From NCBI GenBank assembly GCA_020435205.1, contig JAGQZY010000003.1, forward strand, positions 1,537-65,536: a stretch of DNA of 64,000 nucleotides, in the 5' to 3' direction. The notes beneath the pieces are model-generated. The model was not told the origin of the DNA and ran no database searches. It saw only the letters and a program-made list of their open reading frames with translations. This stretch comes from Bdellovibrionales bacterium. Lineage in GTDB: Bacteria > Bdellovibrionota > Bdellovibrionia > Bdellovibrionales > JAGQZY01. The first letter of the stretch is position 1, and every line of letters begins with the position of its first letter. A program made the position numbers and the translations under genes. This document shows, one piece after another, positions 1-7,244 of the stretch.

Positions 1-721
1 CGCCAACGATACCGGCCACATGCGTGCCGTGACCATCCAGATCGTCGGGAAGTTGGCCCACTTCAACAAGGTTTGTTCCATATTGGCCATTGCCATTCCA
101 CATACGATTGATGAGATCGGCGTGATCATAGTCAACACCTGTATCTAAAATAGCAACGACTACTTTTTGATTAATTGCGCTACGAAGAGGATTGGCTTCA
201 TCATAACCAAGGTTTAGCAAATGTAGCTGCTGGGATTTTAATGGATCATTGATGCTAGCGACACTACTCTTTTTGATTGGGCTATTTTCAGCAATTCCTC
301 GGATGCAAATCTCTGCCTCCGCTTCCTGAGAAAGCTGATTCATGTCACTGTCCTTAGGCAGGGTGATGGGAATTGCAGACGTGCTTAAATCTGGGTGGGC
401 AACAGCTAAATCTAAAGGAACACCCAACAAACTTAGTTCACGATCACCGACACACTTTAAATCAACGAGAACTGCGAGTTGAATAGGCTCCGAACTGGCT
501 TTACTAAAACCAGATTGTTGAGCGCTGGAGAGTTGAAGTTTGCCATTTGCAAAAGGACTTTGCGACGGAGCTTGGGCTTTGCAAAAGGTATGATAGTTTA
601 AAGAATCCTTAGCACTAAAGCCTTTGCCGCAATTCTGAAAGGCTAGTGAAGTTATCACCAGTGTTAAAAAAATATATAGCATTGACCATCTTGATAACAA
701 AGAAACTCCCCCAAGCTTCAT
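1..721 (-). CDS. Subtilisin-like (peptidase S8) secreted serine protease, N-terminal part; gene continues off the left edge
   Basis: Absent from the ORF track because there is no stop in the window. My minus-strand translation from the ATG at 719-721 gives MKLGGVSLLSRWSMLYIFLTLVITSLAFQNCGK..., a signal/lipobox-like N-terminus. It then shows the Asp box AILDTGVDYDH (about 122-154) and the His box DGHGTHVAGIVG (1-37), the canonical S8 motifs in the correct order. Confidence 0.8.
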   Translation of the reverse strand, partial: MKLGGVSLLSRWSMLYIFLTLVITSLAFQNCGKGFSAKDSLNYHTFCKAQAPSQSPFANGKLQLSSAQQSGFSKASSEPIQLAVLVDLKCVGDRELSLLGVPLDLAVAHPDLSTSAIPITLPKDSDMNQLSQEAEAEICIRGIAENSPIKKSSVASINDPLKSQQLHLLNLGYDEANPLRSAINQKVVVAILDTGVDYDHADLINRMWNGNGQYGTNLVEVGQLPDDLDGHGTHVAGIVG

Positions 722-934
722 AGTAGAACCCATTGAATTCATTTATAATGATCTCATTTTTTTAGCCAATTTTCCATACCTAGAAGCGAAGTGACCTTTT
801 TTGTTCCTTTGCTGTGTACACAATCTACACAGAAAGGTGCTAGATGTTTCAATATGATACGGGAATTGTCGAAATTTTTTACATGCGTAAAAACGGTCAC
901 AAGCTAATTTGTAGCTAGAGGTTTTTTCTTGCGT

Positions 935-950
935 TGGTACTGGCCTTGCT
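935..950 (+). promoter_or_regulatory. Sigma-54 (RpoN) -24/-12 promoter candidate
   Basis: TGGTAC-tggcc-TTGCT versus consensus TGGCAC-N5-TTGC(A/T): GG and GC are correctly spaced, with one mismatch. It lies about 30 nt upstream of the ATG at 980, which is preceded by the SD AGGAGG (968-973). Confidence 0.6.
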
Positions 951-979
951 CCTCATGTTAATGACTTAGGAGGTTTCAA

Positions 980-2389
980 ATGGAATTTCGCAAGAAATTA
1001 ATAATTAGACGAGGAATCAATTTATTTTTCCTCATAGGCGCGTTGTCGTGGATGGTGAACTGTAACCAGTTTCATACCTTTACGTCCAACGAATCGGATG
1101 CTCACTTATCAACTAACCCTGTTTTCGAAGATCCCGAGGATTCATTCCTTTTAGATGATCAACAAGGTAATCATACGACTCAACAAGTGGACCAAGGTGT
1201 CGTCGACCCTCTCAATCCTGTTGATGAGCCAAAAAGTCCGCCGACAACGACAACTGTGAATCTTCCACCCATTCGTGTTTGTACAGATAACGCTTCTTAT
1301 CAGATTTTGCGCAATGATGGCTCTACCTATACGCACTGTCGCCCCTGTGAAATTTGGGGAACTGAAAGAGATGACAATGGCACCGATCACCGTGTGTGTT
1401 TAGTTGAGCGTTGTGATGGCGAACAAAATCGCTATGTATTTTTGACAGATCTCAGCCGTAGCCGAACTTCTTGCCAACGTTGTGATGTTCTAGATCGTAG
1501 AACTGGCGTATGTACTGTTCGTGTTGAGCCTCCAGTGGTTCAGCCCCCTCGACCAACTCCGGTTGTGCAAAACCCAACCCCTTGTCAAATGGGCTGTGGT
1601 GGCGATGGTGGAGATGGCGGCGGCGATGGCGGCGACGGCGGTGATGGCGATCCTTTGATGATCGATACTGTTGGTGACCGCTATGCGAATGTTGATGAGT
1701 TTGCTTCCCGTTGGGAAGACCCTCGTAGCTACATAAAGCCAGGTGAATTGAATTTATCTTCACCTGAGCAAGGAACAAAATTCAATCTTCTTGGTCACCA
1801 GTCTCAACTTCAGGTTGATAATGGTTTTTACCATATCAATGATGCTGGTAAGAACTTTGAGTACCAAATCAGCTGGATTGATGAAAACAACACCCGTTAT
1901 CGCTTTTTAGCCTTGCCAAATGAAAAAGGTCAAATTCTTGGTATCGACCAACTTTTTGGTGACAATACTTTTGGCCCTGATCCTCAAAAGCCTTTTGCTA
2001 AAGATGGATTTCATGCCTTGATGAAGTTTGACATGAACCAGGACCAATATATCGATAGCAATGATGTAGCGACCGATGGTCAGAAAATTTATGACAAACT
2101 TCGCTTGTGGCACGATTACAACCGTAACGGTAAGGTTCTCGATGCTGCTGAAGCTAAGCGTGAGTTAATCACTTTACAGGAAGCTAAGATTCGCTTTATT
2201 CACTTAAAAGTGAATCACAACTATTACGAGATTGACGATCATGGAAATGAAATCACTTATAAGTCACTTGTGGGTTTCGATTCCGACGGCGGCGATAGTC
2301 TCAGAATGGGAATGGCCTTCGATGTGTGGTTCCAATATCGTAAAGATGAGAATCCAAACGCAAAAATTGAAAGTATACAAAGTAATTAA
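980..2389 (+). CDS. Secreted hypothetical protein: Cys-rich region, (GGD)n linker, C-terminal EF-hand/dockerin-like Ca-binding motif pair
   Basis: 469-aa ORF with a strong SD and a hydrophobic N-terminus (LFFLIGALSWMVNC). It has multiple CxxC-like Cys pairs and GGDGGDGGGDGGDGGDGD. The DxNxDxxID-like loops DMNQDQYIDSNDV and DYNRNGKVLDAAE match the pattern seen in secreted Ca-binding proteins. Confidence 0.75.
   Translation: MEFRKKLIIRRGINLFFLIGALSWMVNCNQFHTFTSNESDAHLSTNPVFEDPEDSFLLDDQQGNHTTQQVDQGVVDPLNPVDEPKSPPTTTTVNLPPIRVCTDNASYQILRNDGSTYTHCRPCEIWGTERDDNGTDHRVCLVERCDGEQNRYVFLTDLSRSRTSCQRCDVLDRRTGVCTVRVEPPVVQPPRPTPVVQNPTPCQMGCGGDGGDGGGDGGDGGDGDPLMIDTVGDRYANVDEFASRWEDPRSYIKPGELNLSSPEQGTKFNLLGHQSQLQVDNGFYHINDAGKNFEYQISWIDENNTRYRFLALPNEKGQILGIDQLFGDNTFGPDPQKPFAKDGFHALMKFDMNQDQYIDSNDVATDGQKIYDKLRLWHDYNRNGKVLDAAEAKRELITLQEAKIRFIHLKVNHNYYEIDDHGNEITYKSLVGFDSDGGDSLRMGMAFDVWFQYRKDENPNAKIESIQSN
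1598..1651 (+). repeat. In-frame GGY-GGY-GAY trinucleotide repeat encoding (GGD)n
   Basis: ggtggcgatggtggagatggcggcggcgatggcggcgacggcggtgatggcgat, read directly from the sequence. Confidence 0.8.
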
Positions 2390-2526
2390 GTTTCTCCGAA
2401 AGGAGATGGATACCCTGTTCTTGCAGAACGTCCATATTTGAAACACTCCCCCCCTAAGACGGTTGTCGAGTATATCGGCAGCCGTCAAATTTTTTCCGGC
2501 CAATTCAAAGCTTTTGACAATAGAGG

Positions 2527-2542
2527 TGGCACCTCGTTTGCT
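2527..2542 (+). promoter_or_regulatory. Sigma-54 (RpoN) -24/-12 promoter candidate with no annotated downstream gene
   Basis: TGGCAC-ctcgt-TTGCT is a full match to TGGCAC-N5-TTGC(A/T). It lies in the 360-nt gap between the 980..2389 gene and the convergent flagellin gene. Confidence 0.6.
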
Positions 2543-2552
2543 CTATTAGAAA

Positions 2553-2750
2553 TGAGTGGGAGAAGGAGTGCGGGTCGGGGGGCCTAAAAATTTTCTTCAA
2601 GAAAGACAAACATGAGGTTGGCGAGTTTGTCTTTCTGCACTTTCCTTTTCAATTTTGCTTTTGTTATCGATCTTAATAGAGTCGTCTGGCTTTATTAATG
2701 ACCCTCTTGTTTCACCGGGGCACCCAATGGTTGGGTGCCCCAAATTTTTT
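2553..2750 (+). ncRNA. Candidate sigma-54-dependent small transcript (sRNA or mRNA of a 28-aa hydrophobic micro-ORF at 2612..2698)
   Basis: It is bracketed by the sigma-54 promoter (TSS expected near 2552-2554) and a strong plus-strand intrinsic terminator (2717-2750). There is an internal 11-bp hairpin, agaaagacaaa (2600-2610) paired with tttgtctttct (2636-2646). No ORF of 60 aa or more is present. Confidence 0.3.
2717..2750 (+). terminator. Rho-independent terminator, plus-strand orientation
   Basis: Perfect 11-bp stem GGGGCACCCAA/TTGGGTGCCCC with loop tgg, followed by aaaTTTTTT. The U-tract exists only on the plus strand and overlaps the flagellin stop codon (2749-2751). Confidence 0.7.
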
Positions 2751-3582
2751 AACCTAATAACTTCAGTGCTAAGTTGGGAATGCTATTGGCTTGACCAAGC
2801 ATAGAAACGCCTGCTTGGAGAAGAATATTCTGTTTTGCAAGCTCTGCTGATTCTTCGGCCACATCGGTATCTCTAATACGGCTATTCGCTGCAGATAAAT
2901 TTTCATGCGTCGTATTAATATTATTAATAGTTGCTACTAGACGATTCTGTAGGGCGCCAAAATTGGCGCGCATGGAGTTCACTTTCACAATCGCCTCGTC
3001 AATCACACCTAGAGACAGTTGTGCACCCTGTTTGCTTGAAATGTTCTCAGCAGCAACACCGAGCGAGGTGAGAGTGGCATTTGCGGCTGTGGAATCAAAA
3101 GCAATACGATCATTAAAAGGATCATTGTGGACGCCGATTTGAAACTCAAGAACCCCGCCGAGGCCACTCAAAAGGGGGGTGCTATTAAACTCAGTGACTT
3201 CTGCCACTCTCTGAATTTCGTTTTTCAATTGTTGGAACTCGACGTTGGTAAAAGTTCTTTCGGTGTTACCCACGGTGTCTGAAGCCGCTTGGATCGATAG
3301 CTCGCGCATGCGAATGAGCATGTTACCAATTTCACCGAGACCACCTTCGGCGACTTGCACCATGGAAATGCCATCGCTCGCGTTTCTGTTCGCCTGCTTT
3401 AAACCTCGTATTTGGGCTCTGAGGTTTTCTGATATGGCGAGGCCAGCAGCATCGTCAGAAGCTTTGTTGATGCGGTATCCAGAACTCAAGCGCTCTAGAG
3501 ATCTCATCATATTGAGGTTCGTATTAAACAACTGTCGCTGTCCATTAATGGAGGGCAAATTGGTTGCTATACGTAATGACAT
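2749..3582 (-). CDS. fliC: Flagellin (short type, 277 aa)
   Basis: MSLRIATNLPSINGQRQL...DDAAGLAISENLRAQIRGL...ANFGALQNRL...AANSRIRDTDVAEE...LLQAGVSMLGQAN are conserved flagellin N- and C-terminal domains. The start is moved to the ATG at 3580-3582; the ORF-track start at 3666 would add 28 aa in front of the export N-terminus. Confidence 0.95.
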   Translation of the reverse strand: MSLRIATNLPSINGQRQLFNTNLNMMRSLERLSSGYRINKASDDAAGLAISENLRAQIRGLKQANRNASDGISMVQVAEGGLGEIGNMLIRMRELSIQAASDTVGNTERTFTNVEFQQLKNEIQRVAEVTEFNSTPLLSGLGGVLEFQIGVHNDPFNDRIAFDSTAANATLTSLGVAAENISSKQGAQLSLGVIDEAIVKVNSMRANFGALQNRLVATINNINTTHENLSAANSRIRDTDVAEESAELAKQNILLQAGVSMLGQANSIPNLALKLLG

Positions 3583-3859
3583 TTCATCATCCCCTTTTTT
3601 GACTGAGGGCTCTTCCTTGAATCTCAAGACAAACTGTTTAGCTTTTTTACCTTCTGTAAAAAGCAAAATATTTTTGACAAATTTTTAATCGGGTCTTGTT
3701 TAGCTTTGATAAAGTCTAGTTTGAAATGTTTTGAGAAATCTATACACCCGTCCAGGTAAAACAGAGGCCAAAGTTATTGGCCCCTGACGAGCAGGTAATC
3801 GAGGTCTTACGGCCCGATTGGTAAAGAGGGGGGTGTTCCTCATTCCTAGAGACCGTTAT

Positions 3860-3889
3860 ACATTCTCCTAAGGGTTATTAGGAGAATGT
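3860..3889 (-). terminator. Stable hairpin overlapping the flagellin stop codon; no U-tract
   Basis: ACATTCTCCT (3860-3869) pairs with AGGAGAATGT (3880-3889), a perfect 10-bp stem extendable by 2 A-T pairs. The stop codon at 3878-3880 lies inside it. No T-run follows on either strand, so termination is uncertain. Confidence 0.3.
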
Positions 3890-4723
3890 ACTGTTCAAGA
3901 GTTGTAAAGAAGCCTTAGCTGTCTGGTTCGCTTGAGCAAGGACAGAAGTTCCAGCTTGAAGCAAGATGTTCTGCTTCGTTAAGTTTGCTGTTTCTTCAGC
4001 TACATCCACATCGCGAATTCGACTATTGGCGGCTGCCATATTCTCTAACGAGATAGCTAAGTTATTAATTGTCGACATCAGTCGGTTTTGCATGGCTCCA
4101 AAATCTGCACGCATCGCAGAGACAGCAACAATGGCTTCGTCAATGGCGGCGAGAGAATTTTGTGCAGAGGCCTTGTCAGACACACTGGTCAAATTCACAC
4201 CGAGTGCTGCACTGTTCGCATCTGCTTTGGAAGCATCAAAACTCAATCGATCAATATTAGGATCGTTTCTTGTTCCGACCTGGAAATCAAGAATCGCACC
4301 TGTACCACTTAATAGGGGAGTTCCGTTAAACTCCGTACTATCAGCAATTCGATCGACTTCATCCAAGAGCTGTTGGTATTCAACATCAAGAAGCTGTCTT
4401 TCAACAGGGCCTATGGTGTCAGAAGCGGCTTGCACACCCAATTCACGAAGTCGGACTAATATATTTGCAATTTCTTGCATTCCGCCTTCTGCGACTTGGA
4501 TCATGGAAACACCATCTTGAGCGTTTCGCCAAGCTACTTTCAACCCACGGATTTGACCGCGTAAGTTTTCAGAAATCGCTAGGCCCGCAGCATCGTCACC
4601 GGCTCTATTGATTCGGTAACCCGAGCTTAGCTTCTCTAAGCTTTTATCGAGAGCAATCTTTGTTCCGTACAAATTTCTTTGTGCGTTTAAAGACGCCGTG
4701 TTTGTGTTAATCCTTAGGCCCAT
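3878..4723 (-). CDS. fliC: Flagellin (short type, 281 aa)
   Basis: MGLRINTNTASLNAQRNL...GDDAAGLAISENLRGQIRGL...DFGAMQNRL...AANSRIRDVDVAEE...LLQAGTSVLAQAN. The SD AAGGAGGAAGT lies directly upstream of the ATG. Confidence 0.95.
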   Translation of the reverse strand: MGLRINTNTASLNAQRNLYGTKIALDKSLEKLSSGYRINRAGDDAAGLAISENLRGQIRGLKVAWRNAQDGVSMIQVAEGGMQEIANILVRLRELGVQAASDTIGPVERQLLDVEYQQLLDEVDRIADSTEFNGTPLLSGTGAILDFQVGTRNDPNIDRLSFDASKADANSAALGVNLTSVSDKASAQNSLAAIDEAIVAVSAMRADFGAMQNRLMSTINNLAISLENMAAANSRIRDVDVAEETANLTKQNILLQAGTSVLAQANQTAKASLQLLNSTFS

Positions 4724-4809
4724 GACTTCCTCCTTGAAAGTATTCGCGCATCATATCCTTTGATGCATGGAGTACCAAATACTCCTAGGGCATTCTTCCT
4801 ACAACCCAT

Positions 4810-4836
4810 TCATCGGCGTCTCGTTATGAGTCTTTA
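4810..4836 (-). promoter_or_regulatory. Sigma-28 (FliA) promoter candidate for the 3878..4723 flagellin
   Basis: The minus strand reads TAAAGACT-N11-GCCGATGA versus consensus TAAAGTTT-N11-GCCGATAA. It lies about 87 nt upstream of the ATG. Confidence 0.7.
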
Positions 4837-5265
4837 GGATTTTTTCTCATTTCTTTACACTTTTAGTCTAAAGTCGATAGTGAAACCGCATTTGTTTTGA
4901 GGAGAGAGAATAAAAAGTCTCAAGTCTGGACCTTAAGGGTTTCTTAATATCAGTGAGGTCGCTGCGATGACCATGATTGAGTCCGTGGGTGCTCCTATTC
5001 TGCCCCCTCTATATATTAATAGTGACTCAAGCTCAGATTTATGAAATTTCTGGTTTGTGGATAAAACTGGGGATTTAGTGTATTTCCTTTAACCCCTTAT
5101 TATTACTAAAGACCTAAGGAACCTACGAAGTGACTTAAGCAGCGAGCGAGACCATAGTCTAGTTTTGCTTTGAAAACACCTTGTCCTCCAGTACAGGCCT
5201 ACAAATCAGTCACTTTCTCTATAATAATAGATGAAGAGAACTTTCCAAGGAATGGAGTCAATCTT

Positions 5266-7179
5266 ATGAAAGCTATATGGTCAGTATTGATGGTAGTCTT
5301 TTTGTCGACCTTATTTTCTTCGCAAGCCTTTGCGGGAAAAGCCACCCGTCGACTAATGAATCATAGTCGCGGCATTGCATCAGTCAGCACAAAGTTTAAA
5401 TTCCGTGTTTCAAAAAAGCAGTGGGCTCAAATGACTCCTACGCAAAAAGTCGAGTATCTGACCATTGTTCGTGATTTGGCTTTGTCCTTAGGAAATGTTT
5501 CTAATAATGGTTTTGCTCAACTTTTGATGCCAGGAACTATGGATCCTTTGAACCAACTGCTATTTCCAACAGCGGATGCGGCCTATAACTTAGGGATCCA
5601 ATGTCCAGGAGATGACTACAACTGCGATACTGCAAAATCCTTTCAGGATGCTAGCCAGATCGTTAGTTGTAGCGGTGGACAAAAACCTTGTGCCACCTAC
5701 TTTGGTCTAACGGCCAGTGGTAAGGCCCTGTGTGCCAGTGGCAATAGCACAGCCAATTGCCCAACGACAGATGCCAGTATTCAAGTTTTAAAAACAAAAA
5801 TGGATGAGTGTAATGCGTCCACTGTAAAATCGGCTTACTGCAGCTCTCTTTTAGCCAACTACAATCAACACGTTAAAGGCCAAGAGGACTTTTGTAGTGC
5901 TTCGGCAAGAGCGAGTAAGTCGTATTGTAAGTTTGCACAAAGTGCCATCACCAAATTAGATCCGTCGAAAACGGCGCCTCCTGAAATTACTGGAGATCGT
6001 GGTACCAATCCTAATGCACAAAGTTGTGAGCGTGCAGTCTCTGAACTTAAATCTCGTGGGCGTATGAAGTACAATAAAGAGTACCTCAAAGCCAGCAAGA
6101 AGCCTGAAATTGAGGCTCAGCTGCGCAAACTTGACGAGGAAATCGTCAGCGAGCGAAATAGACTAAAAACAGCTCCACCTCCTGCTCGAGAAAGTATTTC
6201 TAAAAATATTGCCAAGTTAGAAGCTGATCGCTTGAAGCTATTCCGAACTCTAGACACAATTTTGAAAAGAGAGGCCGCTCGCCCTCGAGCTCAGAAGGTT
6301 AATGAAAAATGGGCTCGCATTCTCTACACTGTCCGTAATGTGTGTCCCAACCACAGTGCCGGTGCTGGTGTGACTATGTCAGATGTCGAAAAGACTTTTG
6401 GAAACTGTCGCCTTCCCGACAAAGACTTTCCCATGGGTGCTCTTGACGAAGCCAATCTGATCAAGCTTCGTGAGCAAGGTGGCGGTATTACCAATGAAAC
6501 CGATATTGGTAAGGTAATGACAAGTATCGGGATAACACCAGCCCAGTTTGACACTATTTTTTGTCAAACACCCAATGTTAGAAAGACGGGTAAAAAGAGC
6601 GAATTTTCTCGTCGTTTTTCAGCAAATCATAAGTATAGAGAAACCATAGAGAAAGGTAAAAAGCTTGGGATTGAAAAAGAGGTGCAAGCCAGTCTTGGTC
6701 AAATGTGGAAGTGTGTAAAAGATGCTAATGCGGAGTTGCGCAACGGCGAGTGGATCCCTGAAAAAGATAGAGATCTCCAAGCTCATGCTTCGAAAGATCA
6801 GTGTGAACCCAGCGCGATCTATAAGCCTCTCAGTGAACTAAAAGGTGCTAATGGTAGCACACCCTTCCTTCTTTTGGATAAAGCCTCAGGGAAATGTCAT
6901 ATTATCTCTGGAAAGCCAGAAGCGGTTAAGCCGAAAGGGGTAAAAGATCCTACTTGGGATGATGATGCCAAAACCGTGGAAACCAAATATAAAATCAAAA
7001 CTCAGGTTTGGAATTCGATCACCAATAAATTCGTGGACTCTGATCCAGTGCTCGAATACACCCGTAGCGAGATTGAGAGCATGGCAAAAGAAAGGCGCTT
7101 TCGCAGCTACAGCTGCCATTTCTCCGAGCTTCCCAAAGGCGATGCTGTGACTCCAGGAGGGGTGGATACGGTCTTCTAG
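5266..7179 (+). CDS. Secreted hypothetical protein, Cys-rich N-terminal half with central coiled-coil/Pro-rich segment
   Basis: The start is moved to the ATG at 5266, giving a classical signal peptide MKAIWSVLMVVFLSTLFSSQAFA. The ORF-track start at 5170 is a TTG with 32 non-signal residues. Many Cys fall between residues about 110 and 230. I recognise no family. Confidence 0.8.
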   Translation: MKAIWSVLMVVFLSTLFSSQAFAGKATRRLMNHSRGIASVSTKFKFRVSKKQWAQMTPTQKVEYLTIVRDLALSLGNVSNNGFAQLLMPGTMDPLNQLLFPTADAAYNLGIQCPGDDYNCDTAKSFQDASQIVSCSGGQKPCATYFGLTASGKALCASGNSTANCPTTDASIQVLKTKMDECNASTVKSAYCSSLLANYNQHVKGQEDFCSASARASKSYCKFAQSAITKLDPSKTAPPEITGDRGTNPNAQSCERAVSELKSRGRMKYNKEYLKASKKPEIEAQLRKLDEEIVSERNRLKTAPPPARESISKNIAKLEADRLKLFRTLDTILKREAARPRAQKVNEKWARILYTVRNVCPNHSAGAGVTMSDVEKTFGNCRLPDKDFPMGALDEANLIKLREQGGGITNETDIGKVMTSIGITPAQFDTIFCQTPNVRKTGKKSEFSRRFSANHKYRETIEKGKKLGIEKEVQASLGQMWKCVKDANAELRNGEWIPEKDRDLQAHASKDQCEPSAIYKPLSELKGANGSTPFLLLDKASGKCHIISGKPEAVKPKGVKDPTWDDDAKTVETKYKIKTQVWNSITNKFVDSDPVLEYTRSEIESMAKERRFRSYSCHFSELPKGDAVTPGGVDTVF

Positions 7180-7198
7180 AAATAGCGAAGACAAACTA

Positions 7199-7230
7199 CA
7201 AAAAAGGCCGCGAACAGCGGCCTTTTTTTT
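7199..7230. terminator. Bidirectional rho-independent terminator between convergent genes
   Basis: cAAAAAA-GGCCGC-gaaca-GCGGCC-TTTTTTTT. The A-tract upstream and T-tract downstream give a U-tract on both strands. Confidence 0.85.
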
Positions 7231-7244
7231 ATAGAATGGAGGGG

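Noticed and set aside
2574-2586. Shared motif GTCGGGGGG(G)CCTA near the 5' end of the candidate sRNA (2574-2586) and of the 13398 flagellin 5' UTR (13255-13268), preceded in both by GAAGG.GTG.GG.
   Set aside because: There are only two copies, with an indel. A 12-13-nt match between intergenic regions of this total size is roughly what chance would give, and no supporting secondary structure is evident. It is worth a motif search genome-wide but not a call here.
3686-3712. Possible sigma-28 promoter for the 2749..3582 flagellin (-10-like CCCGATTA on the minus strand).
   Set aside because: No acceptable -35 element at N10-N12 or TAAA at N15-N16; the best is TTATCAAA at 2/8. It is kept only as a remark in a finding.
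3755-3771. Sigma-54-like TGGCCT-ctgtt-TTAC on the minus strand upstream of the 2749..3582 flagellin.
   Set aside because: The -12 element is AC instead of GC and the -24 element is also imperfect. It is too weak to call.
3245-4520. Long plus-strand ORFs (3245..3688, 3966..4520, 4069..4260, 4088..4312) antisense to the two minus-strand flagellin genes. Similar antisense ORFs occur in the plus-strand flagellins (12224..12418, 12441..12830, 12509..12763, 13617..13853, 14006..14254).
   Set aside because: They lie entirely inside very confidently identified flagellin CDSs. They have Ser/Ala/Arg-rich composition typical of the antisense frame and no recognisable motif or SD. They are most simply frame artefacts.
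5170-5265. N-terminal extensions given by the ORF-track starts at 5170, 3666, 10424, 10443, 41507, 49540, 53810, 55779, 58185, 59131 and 61552.
   Set aside because: In each case an internal start gives a canonical N-terminus: a signal peptide, a lipobox or a family-typical first residues. It often has a better SD as well, or the extension contains the SD or promoter itself.
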